Part shown: positions 47,430 through 55,788 of the stretch, piece after piece
Layout of the letters: each line of letters starts with the position of its first letter
Numbering within the stretch: position 1 is the first letter of the stretch
IMG/VR virus record: IMGVR_UViG_3300032004_000001
Location: 23,149-87,148 of that record
Origin: a virus
Lineage: Duplodnaviria; Caudoviricetes
Strand: one strand, 5' to 3'
Length of the DNA stretch: 64,000 nt
Position numbers and translations under genes: made by a program
The notes under the pieces: generated by a model
Seen by the model: the letters and a program-made list of their open reading frames with translations, nothing else
What the model was told of the DNA's origin: nothing
Databases searched by the model: none

Positions 47430-47580
47430 GTTTCTTCTCCGTCTCTCGGCTGCGCAGCCAATACCCGGCGCCGAAGCAGACGGTCATGGCGATGAAATGG
47501 GTGTAGTCCAGTGTAGCCAACCATGCCGCCAACTGGTAGGCGAGGGTCAGTAACCATTCCTGGACTTGAGGGTCTTCCAT
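47413..47580 (-). CDS. small membrane protein (55 aa, absent from ORF track)
   Basis: MEDPQVQEWLLTLAYQLAAWLATLDYTHFIAMTVCFGAGYWLRSRETEKKHEAGQ; GAGGAAA upstream; overlaps the next start. Confidence 0.55.
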   Translation of the reverse strand: MEDPQVQEWLLTLAYQLAAWLATLDYTHFIAMTVCFGAGYWLRSRETEKKHEAGQ

Positions 47581-47640
47581 GTTGCGTTTCCTCGCTGGTT
47601 GGCGAGGTGCAGCGTAGCCGAAGGCTGGACGACGCGCAAT

Positions 47641-47677
47641 AAAAAGACCTCCAGGAGGACTAGGCCTGGAGGTCTTG
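47641..47677 (-). terminator. intrinsic terminator
   Basis: Minus-strand stem AAGACCTCCAGG / CCTGGAGGTCTT followed by TTTATT. Confidence 0.8.
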
Positions 47678-47717
47678 GGGCTTGCAGCTGTACTTCTTTG
47701 ATACTGGCAGCCGAACC

Positions 47718-48209
47718 TTAGCCCTCAGCCTCGTGGATGTCAATGTAGTAAGCCTGGCCCTGGACGAGGTTGGCAGCGATGTCACTGCGCACGTTGTAGG
47801 TCAGCGTCCCGTACGGGGTGTACTTGCCGTAGACGGCGTCTTCCTCGGTCGGGTTGCTCGAGTAGACGGCGCCGAAGGTGCACCGGGTGAGCGGGTCGTC
47901 GGACGAGGTGTTGAGCTCCATGACGCTGTGCAGGGTCATCTTGAGGCGGGTGACTCTGCGACCTGGGGTGCCGGTGGCGGGCTTGAGGTACTCCTCGGGC
48001 GGGGCCGGGTTGGCGGGTTCTGCCTGTGGGAGCGTGAGGCTGGCGATTCGGGGTTCGCTGATGTGGCAAGGGCCGAGTGGCTGAGGGGTTGGCACTGGTC
48101 CGCTGTGTGGGAGCGGGACGGTTGCGGCATCGAGCATCGGAGGTAGACCGGGGCGCTCGGGGAGGTCCTTGGTTGCCGGTGGAATGGTGATAGAGGATGT
48201 GCTGGTCAT
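47718..48209 (-). CDS. hypothetical protein: Pro-rich N-terminus plus small conserved C-terminal domain
   Basis: Start at ATG 48209 after ACAGGA; C-terminal FGAVY...YGKYTPYGTLTY...QGQAYYIDI. Confidence 0.7.
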   Translation of the reverse strand: MTSTSSITIPPATKDLPERPGLPPMLDAATVPLPHSGPVPTPQPLGPCHISEPRIASLTLPQAEPANPAPPEEYLKPATGTPGRRVTRLKMTLHSVMELNTSSDDPLTRCTFGAVYSSNPTEEDAVYGKYTPYGTLTYNVRSDIAANLVQGQAYYIDIHEAEG

Positions 48210-48289
48210 GGTGGTGGATCCTGTCGGGGTGGGTGAGGGTGAACGGTGCGGCAGGATGTCTTGCGGGGCTTGCGTGCCGGTGAGGAGGG

Positions 48290-48318
48290 AGGATAGGGGT
48301 AAATCGAGAAAAAGTAAA
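48290..48318 (-). promoter_or_regulatory. sigma70-type promoter (leftward)
   Basis: Minus strand TTTACT-N17-TATCCT. Confidence 0.55.
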
Positions 48319-48419
48319 AAATCCTGACGGAGACCTAGGCGCTGTGGCACGTCACTGCCGTGCAAGAAAATAGGGCCCGGGGCCACTCAAAAATCTTTCA
48401 CTTTTTTATGTTTATCTTC

Positions 48420-48448
48420 TTGACCTTATAGTCTTATACCTCTAGTAT
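48420..48448 (+). promoter_or_regulatory. sigma70-type early promoter (rightward)
   Basis: TTGACC-N17-TAGTAT, preceded by a T-rich UP-like tract. Confidence 0.7.
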
Positions 48449-48534
48449 TCGAACTGTAGCAACGCAACACGAAACACGCTCTACCGGCACCGCCCTCGGG
48501 CTTTGCCACTGGCACGGCTTCTGCCCTGCCGCCC

Positions 48535-48550
48535 CGCTCTTTAACAATTT
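48535..48550 (+). promoter_or_regulatory. boxA antitermination element
   Basis: CGCTCTTTAACAATTT matches rrn boxA TGCTCTTTAACA(ATTT); about 85 nt after the -10 box. Confidence 0.8.
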
Positions 48551-48865
48551 GGTCAACCGCTATGCGGATTAGACGACAACACAATGACAGGCCCTCAAAG
48601 CCTGGCACGGGCAAGTCTTGCCGATGATAAGGGGAACCGTGAACACAACCGGCCCTTGACCTCATCCTCAACACTTGCTTGGCCTACTGACCATCGGGGA
48701 TATACACACGGCCCCTGTGGTAAAACAACTGGACGGATATACAGGTATCACCTGCCCTATCCCGAGGATCAGTAGCCTTAACCGGTATCAACTAATCAGG
48801 CTGATTCACTATCCCATCGGGACTGTTAGACATTCGCCAAACGCCACGCACTGACCAATTGTTGC

Positions 48866-48877
48866 CACTCTTTAACA
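48866..48877 (+). promoter_or_regulatory. second, degenerate boxA
   Basis: CACTCTTTAACA, 10/12 match to the rrn consensus. Confidence 0.55.
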
Positions 48878-49128
48878 TCACTAACCGAACTATGACAACC
48901 GACCAGCACGGGTTATGCATGCTCTACCTATACCTAATTCAGCTTCACCCACTGCATACCACCGACTAACAAACAACGGTTGTACACACCGTGATAACAA
49001 GGGCGGCTTAGAACCCCGCCCTCATATAGAACTAAGCATTTAGAATTGATAACCCACTACCCTAGTTGTTTAGAACAAGTAGCTGTATCGGCTACTTGAC
49101 ATAACCAACTGAAATAAGGAATTAGATC

Positions 49129-49947
49129 ATGGCTAAGAAATCCCCCCTCGCTGTAACTTCGATGACCGTACAGGGCACCATGGTAAACAGCACTATCATT
49201 GCTGCTTACTCCCGCCGTGTGGGCAGCCTGGATGACGTGCTGTCGGTATGGGCCAACGCTGCTACGTTGCAGGTTGCCGTTCATGGTAACCGCAACTGGA
49301 TCGACAGCCTGTTTGCCTTGCCGGTGATGCGCCTCACTTCTGGCGCCTTGAGCAAGACCGGTAAAGAAGTGTTTGCGTATATCGCCGCCCACTGCCCACG
49401 GGTTGTATGGGATAAGGAACACAACAAAGTAGCACTGACCAAATTGCAGAAAGAAAGCATTCTGGCGACTCACTTTGTTGCGGTCGGTGCCACTGCTGAA
49501 TCGGAAACCGTTCAACTTCACCGGAACAAGTTCTACAAGGCCCACGGCGACTTCGCTCTGACTTTCGCCGGTTTCAAGAATCTTGAAAAGCCCGAAGTTG
49601 AAAAGGAAGAAGTAGCGCCGAAAATGACCGCTAAGGCCTTCGCCACTCAAGCCGAAAAGGCGCTGTCTTGCCTCAAGGATGACCGCTTTGTCGGCACTCA
49701 GGAAGAACTGTTTTCGGCACTGGCCCACGCCAAAGCCTTGTACTTGGCCCTTGACGCCCAGTTCGAAGCCAAGGCCAAAGCCGAACAGGCCAAGCTTGCA
49801 GAATCGGGCATCGCCGCCACCGCCGACGCCAAAGTCGACACGGCCAAGGCTGCCCAATCGGCGGGCGTCGGCACCAATCGCAACGGCAAGACCACAGGCA
49901 AGGATACCCGCGCCGGTGGAAAGGTCGAAGCCGCCCAAGCCGCCTAA
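49129..49947 (+). CDS. first early gene, hypothetical, with Ala/Lys-rich tail
   Basis: RBS AAGGA; 272 aa; VHGNRNW motif. Confidence 0.85.
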   Translation: MAKKSPLAVTSMTVQGTMVNSTIIAAYSRRVGSLDDVLSVWANAATLQVAVHGNRNWIDSLFALPVMRLTSGALSKTGKEVFAYIAAHCPRVVWDKEHNKVALTKLQKESILATHFVAVGATAESETVQLHRNKFYKAHGDFALTFAGFKNLEKPEVEKEEVAPKMTAKAFATQAEKALSCLKDDRFVGTQEELFSALAHAKALYLALDAQFEAKAKAEQAKLAESGIAATADAKVDTAKAAQSAGVGTNRNGKTTGKDTRAGGKVEAAQAA

Positions 49948-49981
49948 CTCAACCGCCCACGGCGGGCCACAAGGCCCGCCC

Positions 49982-50263
49982 ATGCTGACAAGGATATCTT
50001 CCATGCTCGCTGCTTTCCTGCTGTCGCTGTCTTGCGTTGCCGCCCCGGTGGACGCCTCAACCCCCGCCCATAACGAATGCCAGCAATTCGAATTGCAGCG
50101 CTGGGACGGGCCCCTCGCCGATGACCTCGAAACCTGCGCCACCATGGCCGAAGCCTTGCGCTTGATGGGCAAGGTCTCAACGTGCGAACTGGTGCCGATG
50201 GATGATGCCAAGCCGGCCGCTGGCACTTCGCCAAAACCCCCTGTTCCACGCTACACTTTCTAA
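49982..50263 (+). CDS. putative exported protein
   Basis: Signal-peptide-like MLTRISSMLAAFLLSLSCVAA; several Cys in the mature part. Confidence 0.65.
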   Translation: MLTRISSMLAAFLLSLSCVAAPVDASTPAHNECQQFELQRWDGPLADDLETCATMAEALRLMGKVSTCELVPMDDAKPAAGTSPKPPVPRYTF

Positions 50264-50287
50264 CCCCGATACCCGAGGAATGCCGCA

Positions 50288-50398
50288 ATGATCTACTCGC
50301 TGATTTACCGGCTTGCCGGTGCCGCCCTGGTTGCCATGTGCCTGGCGTTGACGTTGACGGTCGGCGCGGCGGTATTCCTCGGCTATCTGCCACTCTAA
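50288..50398 (+). CDS. small membrane protein (36 aa)
   Basis: GAGGA RBS; MIYSLIYRLAGAALVAMCLALTLTVGAAVFLGYLPL. Confidence 0.6.
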   Translation: MIYSLIYRLAGAALVAMCLALTLTVGAAVFLGYLPL

Positions 50399-50418
50399 CC
50401 CGTAGACTGGGTCCCACT

Positions 50419-50452
50419 GGGCCGGGCGTGCAAACGTCTGGCCCTTTTTCTT
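50419..50452 (+). terminator. intrinsic terminator within the early region
   Basis: GGGCCGGGCGT-GCAA-ACGTCTGGCCC followed by TTTTTCTTT. Confidence 0.85.
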
Positions 50453-50586
50453 TCGCGCGTGACGCATGCCTGGCATCCGGCCAGGGCTTATAGGAAAGCT
50501 TCAAGGACCAAAAACAACCTTGAAATTTTCCCATAAGTACCTGAAACACAACGATTTTCCCTCAAAAAGCATTAAGGAATTCGATC

Positions 50587-51060
50587 ATGTCCCTCATGTC
50601 CAACCTGGCCGTGGCCATCCAGAACAAAGGCGTCGACCTGTCTGCCGACCTCGACCTGCCCCTGCACCTGACGAATATCTACGCTTGCAGCGTCTACCGC
50701 TTCGACGGCTCCAAGGCGGTCCATTGCTTCATCGCCGCCGCCCACACCGCTGTGGTGGTCGCCAAGCTGGGCAACTGGTGCGTGGAGCGGCACGGCTTTC
50801 GCCCTTATCGCTCCACGGCCAAGACGCCGGTTCGCCGCCTGCGTATGAACGACCTGATCGAAAACCCCGGCGCCTACGACGCCGCGCTGCAACTTGCCAA
50901 GGACGGCGCCGAGTCGGACGTGGTCGCCGCCCTGCGCCGGATCCCTCAGTGGATCAGCGACCAGACCGGCGTGCCGATCCCGGACCTCGATGCCTACTCG
51001 GCCAGCGCCAAGTGGAACCAGCTGCGCGCCGAGATCGGCCGCCTTGCCCCCAACGCCTGA
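50587..51060 (+). CDS. hypothetical protein
   Basis: RBS AAGGA; strong codon bias. Confidence 0.8.
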   Translation: MSLMSNLAVAIQNKGVDLSADLDLPLHLTNIYACSVYRFDGSKAVHCFIAAAHTAVVVAKLGNWCVERHGFRPYRSTAKTPVRRLRMNDLIENPGAYDAALQLAKDGAESDVVAALRRIPQWISDQTGVPIPDLDAYSASAKWNQLRAEIGRLAPNA

Positions 51061-51070
51061 GGAGAATCCC

Positions 51071-51448
51071 ATGGAACGCAACAAAGCCCCGATCAGCAGT
51101 GAAGCCCAGGTCGCCAGTGCCGGGCGCACCGTGTACCAGATCGTCAAGCTGCTGAGGATGCAGCGTGCCCAGTTCGACCAGATGTTCGAGCAGGACGTCT
51201 TCGACCGTATCGTCCAGCCGGACCTGAGCAGCCTGGCTGCGTATGCCCGGGGTCTGCGCGATGCCTTCCTGGCGACCATCCTGTTCGAGCATTGCGAGTT
51301 CGGCTACCTGCTGAGGGACGGCAGTAAGGTGCAGCTGAGCCAGGTCGCAAAGGTGGACCCGGTGTCACTGATCGAGGCCTCCTGCGGATACAGCTGGAAA
51401 GACAGCGACTGGGCCTTCAGCGAATTCCGCCCGGTCCTGGACCTGTGA
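51071..51448 (+). CDS. hypothetical protein
   Basis: RBS GAGGAG; start MERNKAP. Confidence 0.8.
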   Translation: MERNKAPISSEAQVASAGRTVYQIVKLLRMQRAQFDQMFEQDVFDRIVQPDLSSLAAYARGLRDAFLATILFEHCEFGYLLRDGSKVQLSQVAKVDPVSLIEASCGYSWKDSDWAFSEFRPVLDL

Positions 51449-51669
51449 TCGCCCTCCTGCTGTCCATGGGCCTTGAGCGCTCCTCAGCGGCCCTGTGCGC
51501 CACGCTGGGGGCGTTTGCCGCCCTGGTGCTGCTCGGTGTAGGCCTGTGCAGCCTCCTGGAGCGCAGGGGAACGCACAGCCCGTGCCAGCCCCGCGGCGCC
51601 ACCCGTGTCAAACCTGGGCAGCCATGTGAAGGTGTGGCTGTACCGTTCCTGCAAGGAACAAAGAGATGA
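51445..51669 (+). CDS. putative membrane protein
   Basis: GTGA overlap; hydrophobic N-terminal half. Confidence 0.5.
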   Translation: MIALLLSMGLERSSAALCATLGAFAALVLLGVGLCSLLERRGTHSPCQPRGATRVKPGQPCEGVAVPFLQGTKR

Positions 51670-51689
51670 GGAGAGGGAGGACCAAAAAG

Positions 51690-52248
51690 CATGCAATAGG
51701 CGTGCCAGAAAAGCCTTCCTTACTTACTTACAGTAATAACAAGTGTTAAGGGGTATAGAGGGGTTAAAGGGGAGGGAAAGGAGTAATACAGCTCAGAAAG
51801 AAAGGAAGTGAAGTGACATATCGAGAAATACAAGCCAAGCACTTTTTGAAAAACTTAATACTGGGTGTGGCTTGGATTTTTGAATTTGGCACTCCGGTAC
51901 TTTTTATATGGTAGATACAGCGGATTTGTGCCCAAAACCCGCCCAAACCCCCGTCCCACCTACCCCTTAACCCTCTACCTTTTTCTCGCCCTCCCTCTCC
52001 TCCTCCTACAAACCGGCCTCTTCACAGCCGGCCTTCAGCCTCCTTGAATTATACTCTGACAGCGGCCCCCTGCCGTTCGTCGTCAACGGTGCACACACGT
52101 ACACTGAAAAAATAACTTTATCCACGGCTGAACCTAATTTTAGCTTATACTCCGGCGAGGGAGAAATTTTTGCCTTTCCTCAAAACCGCCCCCTCCCCCT
52201 TATGGTATTAGCATAAGTCCCTAACTAAAAGTCGGAATACACATAATT
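51690..52248. other. AT-rich non-coding island with opposing G-run/C-run tracts (candidate origin or control region)
   Basis: No ORF with phage codon bias; purine-rich left half, pyrimidine-rich right half. Confidence 0.5.
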
Positions 52249-53562
52249 ATGATCAGAGAAACCCTATCCGCCAGAGCGGTAGCAGAAAGATACGCTAAGC
52301 GCAAGCCTCAGAAGAAGGGGCGGGCCTCCTACCTGGCCTGTTACGTGCCTCCAGCCCCCGACGGAGAGCTGCGCGAAGGTGCCGACCAAGCCTCCCGCCT
52401 CATCACAGGTGCCCACCTGGACAAGGACGGGCCCGAGATGCGCGCAGCTGCCAACCTCTTTGCCGGGGCCCTGCTCGATGCCATCAGCTCCAGCAGCCAG
52501 CCGACCCGCACCCTGCTAGGCCCTGCCAAGTACGGTGATCAGGTGCTGGAGCATTACTGCTCCACCCTGATCAGGGGTGCGCTGGGCAAGCCCGGTGCCG
52601 ATGTGGTCAGCCCAGCGCTGGTGCCCTACTTGCTGGGGGGCGTGCCGCTCAAGACGCTGGAGGAGCTGTGCCACCGGGCGACGGAGGTGATGGAGTTTTT
52701 CCCCGAGCCGCTGAGCCGATACACCTTAGCCAACACCCTGCAAGTCGTCGGCTTCGGGGCACACATACCTCATATCCACCACGACGAGTGCTTCGATGAC
52801 TCCTACGTGGAGCCGACTCGCAAGTACAACCATCTCAGCCACCGTCAGGAGTACATCCTGAACCTGCCCCGCACCGGCAGCTATGCCCGGATCCTGATCG
52901 ACCAGGGGGCTTATCAGTGCACGCTGCGCAGGACGCTGACCAGCCACAAGCTGGAGATTATGCATACGGTGGAGCGGTTGCTGGACCCGGCGGGTGGAGA
53001 GATGACCGAACTGGCCGCGCGTAAGCGCAAGCCCCTCGACGTGACGCCACTGATGTTCACTCGGGCGGTGCGCAAGGTGTTCGAGAAGCCCTGGTCAGAG
53101 CTGGATCTAATCGGCACACAGGACGGCATATTCCAGGACGCGGAGGTGCTGATTGCCCGGCAGATCATCCACAAGCTGACCCGCAAGGCCAACCAGAAGG
53201 AGAAGATGAGCGCCACCTCCCTGGTAGGTATGTCGCTACTTACCGGCATATCAATGGCTGCATTTGTGGAATTTGCCGTCTATGATCTAAGGCGCAGGGG
53301 TGAGACCTTCATCACAGCCGAGGCGATCGAGGAGGCCATAGCGATGGTCGAAGTGTCGCCGTATTTCCGCTGTGAGGGCGAGCTGCGCAGTGCGTTGACG
53401 GAGATCCGGTACCACCCCTTGGAGAAAGCTCGCTGGGCCAGGCGGCTGCGGTCGCCTTCCCGTCCTCTATGGAGTACCAAAGGTGATTTCTATGTCAATG
53501 GCATGGACGTCAACGGAGTGGCGACGTTCAAATTCAAGCCCTACTCGATTTCGACCGATTGA
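52249..53562 (+). CDS. hypothetical protein (437 aa)
   Basis: Long ORF directly after the AT-rich island; no motif recognised. Confidence 0.85.
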   Translation: MIRETLSARAVAERYAKRKPQKKGRASYLACYVPPAPDGELREGADQASRLITGAHLDKDGPEMRAAANLFAGALLDAISSSSQPTRTLLGPAKYGDQVLEHYCSTLIRGALGKPGADVVSPALVPYLLGGVPLKTLEELCHRATEVMEFFPEPLSRYTLANTLQVVGFGAHIPHIHHDECFDDSYVEPTRKYNHLSHRQEYILNLPRTGSYARILIDQGAYQCTLRRTLTSHKLEIMHTVERLLDPAGGEMTELAARKRKPLDVTPLMFTRAVRKVFEKPWSELDLIGTQDGIFQDAEVLIARQIIHKLTRKANQKEKMSATSLVGMSLLTGISMAAFVEFAVYDLRRRGETFITAEAIEEAIAMVEVSPYFRCEGELRSALTEIRYHPLEKARWARRLRSPSRPLWSTKGDFYVNGMDVNGVATFKFKPYSISTD

Positions 53563-53566
53563 TTTC

Positions 53567-53580
53567 TCGCTTAGTAGCGA
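53567..53580. promoter_or_regulatory. palindromic motif copy (TCGCTTAGTAGCGA)
   Basis: Immediately after the 437-aa gene stop. Confidence 0.55.
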
Positions 53581-53647
53581 AGAATCCGTATCCAGTAGGA
53601 ATATCAACCAACCCCCGTAAATGGTCGGGGCTCCCAAGGTCGTCTGT

Positions 53648-54103
53648 ATGTCACACGATCAAGTCACGGACCTCGTCCGCAGCCATTGGGGAATGGTGGA
53701 CTGTCTCTTCGATGAAATCTTCCTCGACAAGCACGAGGACACGCTCCACGAGAAGGAAGTCCTCGAGGAGCTGTTCCGCTATTTCGCCAGCCACGACCCG
53801 CGCTTCCACGCGGCGGGGCTCAGGTGGAATCAGCGCGGCTATGTCGAGTACGTGGATGGCTCTGGCGCCATCTACCGGGCCGAGGGCGCCATCGCGGCGT
53901 TCCTCGGCCTGCCTGTGAACAGGTTTGGCGATGCCACGGGCAACGCGCTGAACGTGATCTATCGGCAGTTCGCCAGCCTGCTCGACGCCCGCATCTGGCT
54001 GCGCTGGCATGTGCAGAAGATGTACGGCTTCGACAGGAAGGAGCGGGATTTGTGGACGGGATACCCTAGGGAATTCCCGGTAGTTACCGAAGAAAATCAA
54101 TAA
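53648..54103 (+). CDS. hypothetical protein
   Basis: Codon bias; AAGG upstream of ATG 53648. Confidence 0.75.
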   Translation: MSHDQVTDLVRSHWGMVDCLFDEIFLDKHEDTLHEKEVLEELFRYFASHDPRFHAAGLRWNQRGYVEYVDGSGAIYRAEGAIAAFLGLPVNRFGDATGNALNVIYRQFASLLDARIWLRWHVQKMYGFDRKERDLWTGYPREFPVVTEENQ

Positions 54104-54131
54104 CTTGCAGAATTAAATAGGACTGAGAATT

Positions 54132-55250
54132 ATGAAGACGACAATGAGCATGGGCAATATCACGGCGCTGTGGCGCAACCGGGCGATGACCACGGTGCAC
54201 CCCATGCCGGCGATGGACGCGATGGACGCCTTTATTCGATCGGGAGAGGTGCCGCAGTTCCCCGCCATCCCCGAGAACATGGAGGAGGTGGACAAAGCAG
54301 GCTTCGCTTTCACCTGGGGGTTATCCGAGCCGCAGGGCTGGTGCTGGCAGCATCCTACCCTTCGCAGCGAGGAGCGCTTCCACACCCTGAACGCCGCAGT
54401 CGAGGACGCCTACTGGCACCACCTCGGCCTGGCCGCCAAGATCGCCAACCTCAAGAACAAGGGCTTCGAACTGGTCGAGGGCTTCGAACTGGTCGAGGGC
54501 GATGCCCACTTCTGGCGCTACGCCAAGGCGCACCGGACCAGTCCGTTGTTCCCGACCAAGGAGGCGGCCTGGCGCGATGCGATCAGGGTGGACGCCAAGG
54601 TGCGGGCACGACTCCTGGAGGAGGACGCCAGCGCTGCCCGGATGAGGCTGCTGCAAAACCAGCTGTGCAGCCGCAAAGGGCAGACCCAGGCAGTGCTGGA
54701 TAACGCCGTAGGTCTCACTCCTGACACCCCAGCGGTAGAAAACTCCACGGCCTTTCGCAAGCGAATCCTGGAGAGCGTCGGCTACAGCTTTGGCCATGAA
54801 TCGTTGGGCTGTAAAGGATGGGCGGCCAAGAACGGGACGTCATGCTCATCACCTGAATGGGGTCTGGAAGCCATGGTGGCGGACGCATGGGGGCACTATA
54901 TGCAGGCATTCTGTACGCCTGAAAGGGCCCACGCCCCGTACGACAGGGAAGGAATCCTCGAGCGCTTGAAGCGCTCCGCCGAGCAGGCAGAGAGCCTGCT
55001 GGGCATCGCCGACGCCCCCAACATCGCCACCGGCGAACCCTACCCCGCCGTCGGCACCCTCACCGTCGTCACGCCCCACAACACCACCTGGGGCTTCAGC
55101 CAGGTGCAGGACTACCTGTGCACCGTGCTGGCCTATGACGGCGACTATGTCTGGCTGCGCGTGGACCAGTATGACGGCCCGATGTCGGGCAGCCGGGTCA
55201 GCACTCGGGTGGACAAGGTGGACTTTCGCGGTAGCGAGGAGCAGCCATGA
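54132..55250 (+). CDS. hypothetical mosaic protein with three internal repeats
   Basis: Three G[FY]...W...AA..DA[WY] units; exact 18-bp tandem duplication at 54460-54495. Confidence 0.8.
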   Translation: MKTTMSMGNITALWRNRAMTTVHPMPAMDAMDAFIRSGEVPQFPAIPENMEEVDKAGFAFTWGLSEPQGWCWQHPTLRSEERFHTLNAAVEDAYWHHLGLAAKIANLKNKGFELVEGFELVEGDAHFWRYAKAHRTSPLFPTKEAAWRDAIRVDAKVRARLLEEDASAARMRLLQNQLCSRKGQTQAVLDNAVGLTPDTPAVENSTAFRKRILESVGYSFGHESLGCKGWAAKNGTSCSSPEWGLEAMVADAWGHYMQAFCTPERAHAPYDREGILERLKRSAEQAESLLGIADAPNIATGEPYPAVGTLTVVTPHNTTWGFSQVQDYLCTVLAYDGDYVWLRVDQYDGPMSGSRVSTRVDKVDFRGSEEQP

Positions 55251-55522
55251 AACGCATATTCGAGGCAAGGTTCTACAACGAAGCGGGCCGCTACTGCTGC
55301 TTCGAGTCGGAAGAACCTGGGGCTTGCATTACTGAGGTCGAAGCGGTCGGCAGCGGTAGCGTCACACTGTTCATCGAGCGCCCCAACCTGCCGGGGCGCC
55401 TGCCTGAGACGGTGCAGAACAGCCTGGCCCAATGGCGCTATGAAAAAGGCAAGTGGGAATCAATCAGCATCTTCACCGGCGCCGCCACGGCGATGGGCGA
55501 AGAAAAACCTCATCTGGTGTAG
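55247..55522 (+). CDS. hypothetical protein
   Basis: GAGGAG RBS; ATGA overlap. Confidence 0.75.
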   Translation: MKRIFEARFYNEAGRYCCFESEEPGACITEVEAVGSGSVTLFIERPNLPGRLPETVQNSLAQWRYEKGKWESISIFTGAATAMGEEKPHLV

Positions 55523-55524
55523 CC

Positions 55525-55788
55525 ATGGCCCACTACCAAGTCTACTGGCGCACCGGCAAGGAAGGCCCACGCGCCTCCCACTGGTACACCCTGGGCGGGG
55601 TCATAACCTGGGCCAGCCCAGTCCTTAAAAGGTGGGTAGGCAAGCGCCACGGCGACCTGATTGGAAGCCTATGGGCGACAGGCCAGCGCACCCCGATCCT
55701 CCTGGACCACCACTGCGTGCCGCCAACCATCGCCTACCACAAACAACTGAGCCAGTGCCTGGCAGCACTGGTTGAGGAGCAGCCATGA
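55525..55788 (+). CDS. hypothetical protein
   Basis: ATG 2 nt after the upstream stop; coupled to the next gene. Confidence 0.65.
   Translation: MAHYQVYWRTGKEGPRASHWYTLGGVITWASPVLKRWVGKRHGDLIGSLWATGQRTPILLDHHCVPPTIAYHKQLSQCLAALVEEQP

Noticed and set aside
48584-48775. 63-aa ORF in the early leader
   Set aside because: No RBS and codon usage unlike the phage genes.
49096-49125. TTGACA just upstream of the first early gene as a promoter
   Set aside because: No acceptable -10 at 16-18 bp spacing; the hexamer overlaps the arm of a hairpin.
52118-52126. DnaA-dependent origin based on TTATCCACG
   Set aside because: A single 8/9 match is expected by chance in AT-rich DNA; noted only as part of the island.
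54096-54112. ATCAATAACTTGCAG as another palindromic motif copy
   Set aside because: Only the TAACTTGC core matches and the left arm is missing; not counted.
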